Positions 9,765 through 21,898 of a DNA stretch of 64,000 bases are shown in pieces. The translations under genes were made by a program, and so were the position numbers. The DNA is from Gemmatimonadota bacterium (GTDB lineage Bacteria; Gemmatimonadota; Gemmatimonadetes; Gemmatimonadales; GWC2-71-9), in assembly GCA_003220935.1 (NCBI GenBank), contig QHTT01000072.1, positions 577-64,576 of the forward strand, given 5' to 3'. Numbering within the stretch: the first letter of the stretch is position 1; every line of letters begins with the position of its first letter. A model generated the notes under the pieces. It was not told the origin of the DNA and made no database searches. It saw nothing but the letters and a program-made list of their open reading frames with translations.

Positions 9765-10457
9765 TTAGCGGAGCCCCGGCCGGGACGGGAGTGCCCGCGC
9801 TTTGGTCGCGCCCTCGAGCGCGCGCCATAAATACCAGCTAGCCACCGTGCGGTACGGCTTCCACCGCTCACCGTGTCGTTCCAGCTCCGCGCGCGCCGGC
9901 AGCCCGCGTTTCTTGAACGCGATCGCGAAGCCCTTCCGAACGCCGTAGTCGTCTGCGGGCAGCACGTCGGGGCGGCCGAGGCGGAAAATCAGAAACATCT
10001 CCGCTGTCCACCGGCCGATACCGCGCACCACGGTGAGGCGCTCGACAAGCGCCTCGTCTTTCATGCGACGCGCCTCGGCGAGCGTGGGGATCTCGCCGTC
10101 GGCCACCCTCCGCGCGAGGTCGCGCAACGAGAGGAGCTTCGCACGCGACAGCCCGGCGCCCCGAAGCTGCACGTCCGAGACGCGCCGCATCTGCTCGGCC
10201 GTGGGGCCAGCGGGCGCGCGCGGAAACAGCGCGCACACGCGCGCGAAGATCGTAGCCGCGGCCCTGCCGCTGAGCTGCTGGTAGACGATGGCCTCCGCCA
10301 GCGCGGCGAAACTGCTCGGAGCACGCTTGAGCTGCAAGCGGAACGGCCCCACGGCGTCGATCACGCGCGCGAGCACCGGGTCGGACGCGCGCACGTGCTC
10401 GACCGCTACACGAGGATCGAAGCTGTACGCGCCGTCGTTCGCCAGTGCGGTGGCCAT
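9765..10457 (-). CDS. alkA: DNA-3-methyladenine glycosylase (AlkA-like, HhH-GPD)
   Basis: IVYQQLSGRAA, LTVVRGIGRWTAEM HhH motif, PDVLPADD, W-PYRTVASWYLW. Confidence 0.88.
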   Translation of the reverse strand: MATALANDGAYSFDPRVAVEHVRASDPVLARVIDAVGPFRLQLKRAPSSFAALAEAIVYQQLSGRAAATIFARVCALFPRAPAGPTAEQMRRVSDVQLRGAGLSRAKLLSLRDLARRVADGEIPTLAEARRMKDEALVERLTVVRGIGRWTAEMFLIFRLGRPDVLPADDYGVRKGFAIAFKKRGLPARAELERHGERWKPYRTVASWYLWRALEGATKARALPSRPGLR

Positions 10458-10463
10458 CGGCAG

Positions 10464-10967
10464 CTACTCCGCGCCCAGCCGTTTGATGAGCTGTACCTGC
10501 CCCGCGTGGTAGACAGCGTGGCAGGTGATGCCGAGGACCAGGTCGAAACGCTCGGCGTCGGTGAGTGACGATTGCGCTCGGCCGACGCGGATGTCGGCGA
10601 TGACCGTGGCTAATCGCCCCTGCTCCGCCTCCACCACGGCCCGGATCTCGGGCCAGGTCAGCTTGGACTGATCGGGCAGTGCGAACCAGTCGTCACCTTC
10701 CAGCACGAAGGGCTCCGCTGGTGTACCAGAGAGTTGGCCCCACACGGAGCGGGTGTAGTAGGCGTGATGCAGCGCAATCTCGGCGATGTTGTGACGCCCG
10801 GGCGCCGGCCGCCAGAACGCGAGCTGCGGCGAAACGTCGGCGAGCGCTGCCCTCAGGTCGGCACCGTGCCAGGCCCCCGGTCCGTATCCTTCCTCGACGA
10901 CCCGCGCGAGCACGCTCGGATCCAGCCCGGCCGGAATCGCTGTCTTGGCTTTCATCGCAACGCTCAT
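10464..10967 (-). CDS. DinB family protein
   Basis: GPGAWHG, HNIAEIALH, HAVYHAGQV His motif; start MSVAMK. Confidence 0.82.
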   Translation of the reverse strand: MSVAMKAKTAIPAGLDPSVLARVVEEGYGPGAWHGADLRAALADVSPQLAFWRPAPGRHNIAEIALHHAYYTRSVWGQLSGTPAEPFVLEGDDWFALPDQSKLTWPEIRAVVEAEQGRLATVIADIRVGRAQSSLTDAERFDLVLGITCHAVYHAGQVQLIKRLGAE

Positions 10968-11063
10968 GCTGCCCTCCCGCGTGAGTGGCGCAACCGGGGA
11001 TTGCCTTTGTGTCCCCCGGGCTTTCAAGTTGAGAGCATCATACGTAGTCACAGGAGCGAAGTC

Positions 11064-11993
11064 TTGGCAAAAATTGCGCTCGAGGTGGAGCGGGCGGTGG
11101 CGCAGCGCGCTCTGACCGGTGACCGGGGGCGCGTCACAGGGCGCGTGCTGGCTCGCGGCGAGGGCTGGACCGTCGAGGATGTGATCTGCACGTCCGGTCC
11201 CCAGGACCGACCGTTCGAAGAGTATCACGGGCACGTCTCGATCGGCATGGTCGCGGCGGGGACCTTTCAATACCGCTCCGCGGCGGGTCGCGAGCTGATG
11301 ACGCCAGGCTCGCTGCTGTTGGGCACCGCCGGTCAATGCTTCGAGTGTGGGCATGAGCATGGTTCGGGGGACCGCTGCCTCGCGTTTCGGTACACCCCGG
11401 ACTATTTCGAGCGCCTCGCGGCGGATGCGGGAGCCTCCGGCGCCGCGCCGGCGTTCCGGCTGCCTCGCTTGCCGCCGTTACGAGAGTTGGCGCCGCTCGT
11501 CGCACAGGCGTGCGCTGGTCTGGCCGGGTCCGTTGCAGTGGCGTGGGAGGAAGTGAGCGTCCACCTGGCGGCCCAGGTGGTGCAGCTGGTGAGCGCACTC
11601 CGCGCCAGCGGGAGCGGTGCGCCAGGCAACGCGGTGGCGCGCGTGACGCGAATGGTGCGGGCGATTGAACGTCGTCCCAGCGCGCGACTCAGCCTGGGAA
11701 GCCTGGCGCGTGACGCGGGTCTGAGCCCGTACCACTTCCTCCGCACGTTCCAGCGCGTGACGGGCGTGACCCCGCATCAGTTCGTGCTCCGGGCGCGCCT
11801 GCGTGAGGCCGCGCTGCGGCTGGTGGCAGAACGGGCGAAGATCATCGACATCGCTCTCGAGTGTGGCTTCGGCGACGTGTCGAACTTCAACCGCAGCTTC
11901 CGCGGCGAGTTCGGCGTCAGCCCGCGGGCCTATCGTCTGCGAACGGGGCCGGGGTGGAAACGACAACGTCGCAGTACCGCCCCGAATCCTTGA
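11064..11993 (+). CDS. AraC family transcriptional regulator
   Basis: LARDAGLSPYHFLRTF...IALECGFGDVSNFNRSFR C-terminal HTH pair. TTG start at 11064 inferred. Confidence 0.9.
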   Translation: MAKIALEVERAVAQRALTGDRGRVTGRVLARGEGWTVEDVICTSGPQDRPFEEYHGHVSIGMVAAGTFQYRSAAGRELMTPGSLLLGTAGQCFECGHEHGSGDRCLAFRYTPDYFERLAADAGASGAAPAFRLPRLPPLRELAPLVAQACAGLAGSVAVAWEEVSVHLAAQVVQLVSALRASGSGAPGNAVARVTRMVRAIERRPSARLSLGSLARDAGLSPYHFLRTFQRVTGVTPHQFVLRARLREAALRLVAERAKIIDIALECGFGDVSNFNRSFRGEFGVSPRAYRLRTGPGWKRQRRSTAPNP

Positions 11994-12203
11994 CGAAGGC
12001 TTAAGATTGATCACCATGGCCTTGCAGCTGGCGTTGGGCGCCCGACACATCCGTTGCTTGCCTGCCACAGGGGGGGTGGCACGGCTGGCTTGGTGTTCGG
12101 GCGGCGAGCCCCTGCCGAGCGGCCGACGCGGTGCGGCGCTTGCATGCCGCGCTAGGGAAGCCATGAGGACCCTCCCGCTCGCGGCGCTCGTCGGGGTGCC
12201 CCG

Positions 12204-13742
12204 ATGAAGTGCCCGCGCTGCTCGCTGTTCGACATCCCAGAAGGCGCGCCGGGCTGTGCGGTGTGCGGCTACCAGCTGCCCGGGGCCGAAGCTAAACAGG
12301 CCCCGCCGGCTGTCCTCACGGAGCTGGACGCGCGCCGTGAGCTGACGCGCGAATTCCGCATCGAGGCGCTGCTCCAGCCTGGCGACCAAGGCTCCACAAT
12401 CGTCTACCTGGCCTATGACCCGCGCCAGGACCGGCAGGTGGAGGTGAAGGTCGCGCCACGCCAGCCGCTGCGGGACGCGGGAGCGGAAGACCGATTCCGG
12501 CGCGCGGCGGAAGCGGCCGCGGCACTCGATCATCCCCACATCTTGCCGATCTACCGGTGCGGGGCCACGGCGAACTTCCTCTGGTTCTCCACCAAGCAGT
12601 TCCAGGGTCGCTCCGTCGCGGAGCTAGTCCGCACCAACGGACCGATGGACCTCGCCGACTGCCTGCGGATCCTCGAGCAGGTCGCGAGCGCGCTGGACTA
12701 CGCACACCGGCGGGGCGTGTTCCACGGGGCGCTCTCGTCCGGCAACGTGATGCTCGACGCGAACGAGTGGGCCCTGGTGGGCGATTTCGCCGTCGCCGAA
12801 GTGGTGGCGACCGGTCGCACCGCGGCCGAAGTCTTCAACGCCCGCGGCCCGACGCCCACCGCGGACCAATACGCGTTGGCGGCGCTGGCGTACGAATGCT
12901 TGAGCGCCAGGCCGCCCGGGAACGAACCGATCCCCGACCTGAGCGGCGTCCGCCCGGAGATTCCCGCACACGTCTCCGAGGCGCTGCGGCGCGCACTGAG
13001 CAGCCGCCCCACCGAGCGGTTCCCGACGGTGCTCGACTTCGTCGGCGCGATCGGCGGGACGTCGCCGGGGGCGGGGCAGCGCGCCGCCCTGTTCTCGCTC
13101 AACCCGCGCCGGGGACCCGGCTCGCCGATCGTCATCATGGACGACGAGCCCGAGCCGCGCCGCGTGGGGCGCCGCCTCGCCGCCGCTGCCGGCATCGTGC
13201 TCGCGCTCGGCGCGGGCGGTGTGTGGCTCAGCCTGTCGACGCTCCCCGCCGCGCCGCCGCTCCAGCGCCGCCTGGGAGTGGGACGCCCGCCCGCGACCAC
13301 GGCGGTCCCGATCCCGCCCACGTCGGGCCCTCCCTCGACGGCGCCGCCCGATAGCGCACCGCGCGACAGCCAGCCGGCGTCGGTGACTCCAAGTCTGCCG
13401 GCCCCTCGTCCCCTGCCTCCGGCGACCAAGCGGGTGACTGCCCCGCGCGTGACGCGCACCGCGCCCCAACCGCCGGCGGTCAAGAAGTCCGCACCGCCGC
13501 CCGCTGTGGCGCATCGCATGGAGCTCGGCCGCCTGTCCGTCAACGCCTTGCCCTGGGGCAACGTGTACGTCGACGGACAGCTACTCGGGACCGTTCCGCT
13601 GAGGGACCTGCCCGTCTGGCCCGGGACGCACTTGCTGCGCGTGGAGCGTGAGGGCTTCCAGCCGTACGAGCGCACCTTCGAGATCGCGTCGGGCCAGCGG
13701 CTAGCGATCACCGACATCGTGTTGCGAGAGCTCGCCCCATGA
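12204..13742 (+). CDS. Ser/Thr kinase-like membrane protein (probable pseudokinase): Zn ribbon, TM helix, Pro-rich linker, PEGA domain
   Basis: LDHPHILPIY and ASALDYAHRRG are kinase-like, but the catalytic loop reads HGALSSGN and DFG reads DFA. C-terminal NALPWGNVYVDG...PGTHLLRVEREGF is PEGA-like. Confidence 0.85.
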   Translation: MKCPRCSLFDIPEGAPGCAVCGYQLPGAEAKQAPPAVLTELDARRELTREFRIEALLQPGDQGSTIVYLAYDPRQDRQVEVKVAPRQPLRDAGAEDRFRRAAEAAAALDHPHILPIYRCGATANFLWFSTKQFQGRSVAELVRTNGPMDLADCLRILEQVASALDYAHRRGVFHGALSSGNVMLDANEWALVGDFAVAEVVATGRTAAEVFNARGPTPTADQYALAALAYECLSARPPGNEPIPDLSGVRPEIPAHVSEALRRALSSRPTERFPTVLDFVGAIGGTSPGAGQRAALFSLNPRRGPGSPIVIMDDEPEPRRVGRRLAAAAGIVLALGAGGVWLSLSTLPAAPPLQRRLGVGRPPATTAVPIPPTSGPPSTAPPDSAPRDSQPASVTPSLPAPRPLPPATKRVTAPRVTRTAPQPPAVKKSAPPPAVAHRMELGRLSVNALPWGNVYVDGQLLGTVPLRDLPVWPGTHLLRVEREGFQPYERTFEIASGQRLAITDIVLRELAP

Positions 13743-14794
13743 TTCGCCGCCTGGTCACGACGCTCGTGGTCGCTGCGCTTGCGCTCGTGACCCGGGGCCC
13801 CACGGTCGCGGCCCAGTCCGCCACCGACCTGCTCACCACCGGAATGCGCTCGTACCAGAACCTCGACTACGAGGCGGCAGCAGCGACGCTGCGAAAAGGC
13901 CTGCTGCGCGCGACGAGCGACACCTTCTCCACCCCCGAGCGGCTCCAGGCGCTGACGTATCTCGGCGCCACCGAGCTGTTTCGGCGCCGCCGCGACTCTG
14001 CCGTAGCCGCGTTCCGGCAGATCGCAGTCACCGATCCGACCTACCGCCCGAGCGCGATCATCTTCCCGCCGCAGGTGACCAGCTTGTTCCAGGAAGTGCG
14101 CCAGGGAACGAGGACGGTCTTCATCCGGGTCCCGCCCGAGACCGAGTTTCGGGCCCGCGCCGAGCGCCTCACCGCCAGGCTGGTGGCGAGCACGCCGCAC
14201 GACATCGCCGTCGCAGTCACCCGCGACGACGGGGCCGTCGTGAATTCACTCTATAGCGGACCGATTGACGACAGCCTCGCGGTGACATGGGACGGCACGG
14301 AGCGGGGAGAGGCGGTGAAGAGCGGCCACTACCTGCTGCGGGTCACCTCACAGGCGGCAGCCGGCGCGCGCCAGCTGGTCCGCCAGCTCCCGCTCGAGAT
14401 CGAGCGGGCGCGCCCGGACACGCAGCCGTGGCCGTCGCCGGGCGATGCGACGTCGCCGGGAGTGCGTTCCGGGCCGGCGGTGCGCTCGCTCGCGGGAGGC
14501 CTGGCGGCGGCGGTCGCCGTGGTCGTGCTGCCGTCGATCGTCGCCCACGACGCCGACGGCATCAAGGGGCGATTCGCGGTGGCGGCCGCCATCGGTGGGG
14601 CCGGGCTGGCGAGCTTCTTCGCGCAGCGGTCCGCACCTCCCCTCGACGTCGTCGCCGGGGCGAGCGCCGCAGCGCGCGACGCGGCGAAGCGCCGCCTGGA
14701 GGACGTGCGGCGGCAGAACGCGAAGGCGCTCGCCGAGATCCGGCTGCGGGTGCGCGCCGGACCGGCGACGCTGCTGGAGCAGGGGGCGCAATGA
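13739..14794 (+). CDS. Secreted hypothetical protein (TPR-like N-terminus, FlgD-Ig-like middle domain)
   Basis: Signal peptide; helical repeat region; WDGT..GE.VKSGHYLLRV motif; ATGA overlap with the kinase gene. Confidence 0.7.
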   Translation: MIRRLVTTLVVAALALVTRGPTVAAQSATDLLTTGMRSYQNLDYEAAAATLRKGLLRATSDTFSTPERLQALTYLGATELFRRRRDSAVAAFRQIAVTDPTYRPSAIIFPPQVTSLFQEVRQGTRTVFIRVPPETEFRARAERLTARLVASTPHDIAVAVTRDDGAVVNSLYSGPIDDSLAVTWDGTERGEAVKSGHYLLRVTSQAAAGARQLVRQLPLEIERARPDTQPWPSPGDATSPGVRSGPAVRSLAGGLAAAVAVVVLPSIVAHDADGIKGRFAVAAAIGGAGLASFFAQRSAPPLDVVAGASAAARDAAKRRLEDVRRQNAKALAEIRLRVRAGPATLLEQGAQ

Positions 14795-15435
14795 AGACCT
14801 TGGCGCGCCTCGCCTGGGCCCTCACGCTGGTCGCATTACCGCTGGCGGCGCAACAGCGCCCGCGGGGCACCGTCTTCGCCGACGGCGCCATCGTGCGGTT
14901 CGGAGAAGTGGGAGGGCCCGCTGGGTCGTTCAGCGGACCGACCTTCGGCGTCGATGCCGGCGTCAGTCTCGGGAGCCTCATGCTGGGCGCGGGCTACCTA
15001 GAGGGGCGTGTGCAGCCGAGCAGCGGGAGTTCGGATTCCGTGGCGCGCGATCTCGTGGAAGCGCGAGCGTTCCTGGGTGTGCAGCCATGGCCGTGGCTCA
15101 GATTGAGCGTGGGGCCGCACGTGCGCGCTTTCGTGATCGGCGCCGTGACGGAGCGCTGGGTGCTCTGGCCAGTGCGCGCTCGCGCGCAGTCGGCGCTGGC
15201 GTCGACGCCGCTCGAGACGTACGTCGAACTGTGGCGCGCGCTGTCGGCCAAGGTAAACCTCCCCGAGGCAGTCGACCACGTGCAAGGTGGGGAAGCCGGG
15301 GTGGTGCTGCGGCCGCGCGGGTCGGCACTGTGGATGCGGCTCGGCTACCGTGTGGACGGCGCGCAGCTCGGAGGCGGGAGTCGGAGCGAGTCAGTCGAGG
15401 CCGTGAGCTTCGCGGTGGGGATCGGGCCGCGCTAG
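14791..15435 (+). CDS. Hypothetical outer-membrane beta-barrel-like protein
   Basis: MKTLARLAWALTLVALPLAAQ signal peptide; alternating beta-strand pattern; ATGA overlap. Confidence 0.65.
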   Translation: MKTLARLAWALTLVALPLAAQQRPRGTVFADGAIVRFGEVGGPAGSFSGPTFGVDAGVSLGSLMLGAGYLEGRVQPSSGSSDSVARDLVEARAFLGVQPWPWLRLSVGPHVRAFVIGAVTERWVLWPVRARAQSALASTPLETYVELWRALSAKVNLPEAVDHVQGGEAGVVLRPRGSALWMRLGYRVDGAQLGGGSRSESVEAVSFAVGIGPR

Positions 15436-15460
15436 CCAAGCCGCCGGCCGGGTGCGTCGA

Positions 15461-17784
<2,324 letters not shown>

Positions 17785-17788
<4 letters not shown>

Positions 17789-18750
17789 CCCGCTGGAAAA
17801 TGATCGAAGCCCTTGGGGGCCGCGATCGCCCGGCCGTGGTCGGTGAGCCGTACACCCGACCCTCGGACACAGCGACCGATCCGGGTGAGCGGAACGCGTG
17901 TCGCGACTCGGAACGATCGCGCGTCCCGATCCGTGAAGCGGGGCGGCAGTGCAACCAGGAGCTCGAACTCCTCGCCGCTCGCCACGGCGACGTGCCCAGG
18001 GACGCTGCGAAAACGCGGCACCTGCTCCACGGCGATCTCGACCCGGATGCCCGACGCCGCGGCGAGGTGGGCCGCGTCGGCGGCGAGCCCGTCGGAGACA
18101 TCGATCATCGCCCGCGCGCCGAGCGCGGCCAGCCGGCGTCCCGCGGCGATGCGCGGCACGGGGCGCGCGAAGCGACGAAACAACCCGGGGGGCGGGCGCC
18201 GACCCGCCGCGAGCGCCTGCAGCGCCAGCTGCGCGCCGCCCAGCGCTCCCGTCACCCACACCCCATCACCGGGACGCGCCCCGTGGCGACGCACCGGGCG
18301 CACCGTCCACCCCAGGACGCACACGTCCACCAGGTACCGATCTGAACGGACCAGGTCCCCCCCGAGCACGTGCGCGCCCACTCTCCGCGCGGCCGCGCCG
18401 ACTCCCGCCATGATCTCCGCCGCGGGATCCCCTTCCCCCTTCCCCCTTCCCCGGCCCTTTCCCGGGACGCCCAATGAGACCACGACGCCGATCGGCTCAG
18501 CCCCGTCCGCAGCGAGGTCCGACAAGGCCGCCGCGACCGACCGCCACCCGATATCGGCGAACGAGAGCCAGGCGGTCCGGAAATGCACGTCCTCGAGGCT
18601 CAGGTCGATGCTGACGGCAAGCCAGGTGCGCCCGACGCGAATCAGCGCGCAGTCATCGCCCAGGCTCTGCCCGGTCCGCCCCAGCCGAGCAAAGATGCGG
18701 CGCAGCCGGTCGAATTCCCCGCCCCTGCCGAGGCGCAGGGCGGCGCTCAT
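17785..18750 (-). CDS. thiL: Thiamine-monophosphate kinase
   Basis: GDDCA, LSDLAA, GGD, AMIDVSDGL, SGEEFELL, GFDHF. Confidence 0.9.
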
Positions 18751-20378
18751 CGCAGCGCCGCGTCTCGTGCGAAGCGCACCAGCCCGCTGTCGGTAGCGAC
18801 CCACAAGTAGGGCGGATCGACCGCCACGTCGCGCACGGGTGACGGCACGTCGAGCGGCACGCCCAGCACGCGGAATGTGGAGTGCGCGATGTCCCAGAAC
18901 GCCAGTCCGTTCGTTGCTGCCAGCCATACCCCGGCCCCCGCCGCCCCCCCGCTCCCCGCCCCGCCGGCATCGGCAGCGAGTGCAGTCACGCGGCCGAGCT
19001 CGGGTCGCCCGCGCACCAGCGTCCAGCGTCGCGTCGCGGGATCGCGCCAGCCGAGCTGGTCGCGAGTGACGGCGACGAGCGTGTCGCGCAGCAGCGCGAG
19101 CGCTAGAATCGGCCCGCCCAGCGACGGTTGCGCTGCAACGTCGGGTGGTACCGCGACGTCGTCCTCCCCCGGCGCGAGCAGGCCGAGGCCACCCGCCGTG
19201 CCGACCCAGAGGCTCTCCCGCCCGGCGACCAGACTGAGGACGGGCGCGTCCGCCCGACCCACCCGGACCACCTTACCGTCGTTCGTGACGACGAAGAGGC
19301 CGCGCGCGTTGCCGACCCAGACGCCATCCGGCGCCCGGGCGAGGGCCGTAGGCGGGTCCAGCTCAAACAGCTTGATCCGCGAGCCACCCGCGTCGATCCT
19401 GACGACGCCGCGCTCGCACGCGAGCCAGAGCGAGGGCCCGCTCGCGATCAAGCGGCGCCCGTCGACGCAGGGGAACCCGAGCGTGCCCCACCCCTCGATC
19501 GTGGTGTCGGCCGAGAGATCCGCCGCGACCCACGTCAGCCCGCGGCGCTCTGCTACTCGCCCCGCGGACGCCACCCACACGCCCTCCCCATCCCCCCGGC
19601 CGGGCCCAGCCGCGACCGCCCCGGCGCGCGCGGCGACTAGCCCGAACCCGAGCCGGTCCCACTGCCCGGTCGATGGATCAAGCCGGATCAGGCCCACGCC
19701 GTCCGAGCCGAGGAACAGCTCGCTCAAGTCCGGGGAGCGGGCCGCTGCGGTGAAGCGGTAGTGGGAGAGGCGCGGGTCGGTGAGGATGAGCGCCCGCATG
19801 GCGTCTGCCAGCGGCGTCTGGGCGAGCGCGGTGCGGGCATCGAGCGGCACCATGCGCTGCCCCGGTGGCGGCAGCGGCCGGTCCGGCACGGGAACGAGCG
19901 CGCCGCGCGGGAGGAATCCCCACCCGAACGCGCCTTGCACGAAGATGCCGCTCGCCGGGTCGCGCGCGTCGAGCATCAAGCTCGCGACGCCGCCTGGGAC
20001 GCGTCCCTGCTCCCACGTCCGGACGTTGGCATCGTAGCGCGCCCACCCGTCAGTAGTGCCGAGCCATACGGCGTTGTCGACCACGTCCGCCAGCGCGGCG
20101 TAGACCCGGGCCGGGGGATAGCCGTCGAGCGCGGTGACCGGCAGACGCCACGTCCGCGCTTGGCGGTCGTAGATCGTGAGCCCGTGGGTCGTCGCGGCGA
20201 AGACGGTGAACGGGGACGCGGCAACGGCTTCGATGACGGAGAAGTCACTGATGAGGACTCGATCTTCGGGGCGCCAACGGGCGGACTGTCGGACAGTCGG
20301 ACCGTCGGACAGGACTGCGATCACGGTAAGAATGCACAGTCCGACTGTCCGACGGTCCGACCGTCCGACGGTCCTCAC
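18747..20378 (-). CDS. Secreted beta-propeller-like hypothetical protein
   Basis: Repeated VWVG/LWVAT blades; GTG start overlaps the upstream stop; signal peptide built from 8-bp repeats. Confidence 0.75.
   Translation of the reverse strand: MRTVGRSDRRTVGLCILTVIAVLSDGPTVRQSARWRPEDRVLISDFSVIEAVAASPFTVFAATTHGLTIYDRQARTWRLPVTALDGYPPARVYAALADVVDNAVWLGTTDGWARYDANVRTWEQGRVPGGVASLMLDARDPASGIFVQGAFGWGFLPRGALVPVPDRPLPPPGQRMVPLDARTALAQTPLADAMRALILTDPRLSHYRFTAAARSPDLSELFLGSDGVGLIRLDPSTGQWDRLGFGLVAARAGAVAAGPGRGDGEGVWVASAGRVAERRGLTWVAADLSADTTIEGWGTLGFPCVDGRRLIASGPSLWLACERGVVRIDAGGSRIKLFELDPPTALARAPDGVWVGNARGLFVVTNDGKVVRVGRADAPVLSLVAGRESLWVGTAGGLGLLAPGEDDVAVPPDVAAQPSLGGPILALALLRDTLVAVTRDQLGWRDPATRRWTLVRGRPELGRVTALAADAGGAGSGGAAGAGVWLAATNGLAFWDIAHSTFRVLGVPLDVPSPVRDVAVDPPYLWVATDSGLVRFARDAALR
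20281..20374. repeat. Inverted array of 8-bp tandem repeats (tcggacNg x4 / tccgacNg x4)
   Basis: gcggactg tcggacag tcggaccg tcggacag ... tccgactg tccgacgg tccgaccg tccgacgg. Confidence 0.85.
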
Positions 20379-21898
20379 TCCGTCTCCGGAAGCTCGAGCT
20401 CGGCGAGCACCGGAGGACCGAGCGGCTTCGCGCTCGCCCACGCGCGCCAGATGTCGGGGAGCGCAGCGAGCACGTCCGCCGGCCGGAGGCTACGCGCGGT
20501 CCACTGCCGCGCTCCATGCTCGGCTGCCCGCCCCAGCACGTGCGCGCCCAGCGCCGCGGCTTCGGGGCCCGCACTACCGCGCGCCAGGAAGGCCCCGATG
20601 AATCCGGCGAGCAGATCGCCCGAGCCGCCGGTCGCGAGCCCGGGATTACCGCTCGCCACCACGTGGATCGGGCCGCGGAGATCGGCGATCACGGTGGGGA
20701 CGCCCTTCAAGAGCACGGTCCCTTTCACCTTCTGCGCCGCCTTCGCTGCCGCTCCCCACCGGTCGTTCGCCGCCGCGTCGGCCAACTCGTCGCCGAACTG
20801 AGCCCGGAACTCGCCCAGATGCGGTGTGAGCACGACAGGGCGCTCGACTGGTCCCACGAAGAGCGCGAGGGCGTCGGCGTCGACCACCGTCGGGAGGGGG
20901 CGACGCGCCAGTACCGCCTGGAGGAACGGGGCGCGCGCGGGCGCGCGGCCGAGCCCCGGTCCCACCACCAGCGCGTCCGCCCACTCGAGCGCCTCTGCCG
21001 CGGCCGGCTCGAGCTCCGGGCCGAGCGCCGATTCCAGGGTGAGCACGTCGGGGAGGCTCGCCCGGGCGGCCTGGATCGTCTCCGGCCCGGCCACGAGCTT
21101 CACGAGCCCGGCGCCGGCGGCGAGCGCCGCGCGCGCGGCGTGAAGCGCGGCGCCGGTCATGCCGTTCGAGCCGCCCACCACCGTTACCCGGCCGCGGTCG
21201 CCCTTGTGCATCGTGGGGGTCAGCTTGGGGAGCCGCGCGCCCGCCCACGCGTCGGTGACGAGGATCGGCCATGATGGCTCGGCGGGCGGGAAGCCGATGT
21301 CCACGACCACGATCTTGCCGCACCACTCGCGCGCGAGCAGGTGGCCGCGGCGCGGGCCGCCGAAGGTCACCGATAGCGCCGCGCGGACGGGGCCATGCGG
21401 CTCGCCGCTCGACAAGTCGAGCCCGGTCGGTCCGTCGACGGCGACGAGGGTCGCGCCGTACGCGACGAGCCGCTGGGCCAGCGCCAACACGTCGCCGCGC
21501 GCGGGGCCGGCCGCCCCGGTGCCGAGCAGGGCGTCCACCGCCACAGCGGCGGCGGGCCACGGCTCGTCGCGGCCGATCTCGCGCACGCCGTCCACGCGCG
21601 CCAACGCGCGGTTGTCGATGGCGTCGTCGGTCTTGGGATCGACCCCGGAGACCCAGACGGGCACGCCCGCCGCGTGGAGCGCGCGTGCGACCACCCAACC
21701 GTCGCCGCCGTTGTTCCCCGCTCCCGCAGCGACCAGCACGCCGCGCGTAATCACCGCGGGGAATTCGCGCACGATCACCTGGGCGACTGCCCGGCCGGCG
21801 GCTTCCATCAGCACGCGCGACGGGATGCGGTACTGCGTGCGTGCCACCGAGTCCCACGTGGCGGCTTCGGTCGCCGAGAGCACCGGGATCGGGGTCAC
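20375..21898 (-). CDS. nnr: Bifunctional NAD(P)HX epimerase/dehydratase (NnrE-NnrD)
   Basis: LMEAAG, GAGNNGGDG, DALLGTG, HKGDRG, LTPHLGEF, GGSGDLLAG. Confidence 0.93.
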   Translation of the reverse strand: MTPIPVLSATEAATWDSVARTQYRIPSRVLMEAAGRAVAQVIVREFPAVITRGVLVAAGAGNNGGDGWVVARALHAAGVPVWVSGVDPKTDDAIDNRALARVDGVREIGRDEPWPAAAVAVDALLGTGAAGPARGDVLALAQRLVAYGATLVAVDGPTGLDLSSGEPHGPVRAALSVTFGGPRRGHLLAREWCGKIVVVDIGFPPAEPSWPILVTDAWAGARLPKLTPTMHKGDRGRVTVVGGSNGMTGAALHAARAALAAGAGLVKLVAGPETIQAARASLPDVLTLESALGPELEPAAAEALEWADALVVGPGLGRAPARAPFLQAVLARRPLPTVVDADALALFVGPVERPVVLTPHLGEFRAQFGDELADAAANDRWGAAAKAAQKVKGTVLLKGVPTVIADLRGPIHVVASGNPGLATGGSGDLLAGFIGAFLARGSAGPEAAALGAHVLGRAAEHGARQWTARSLRPADVLAALPDIWRAWASAKPLGPPVLAELELPETE

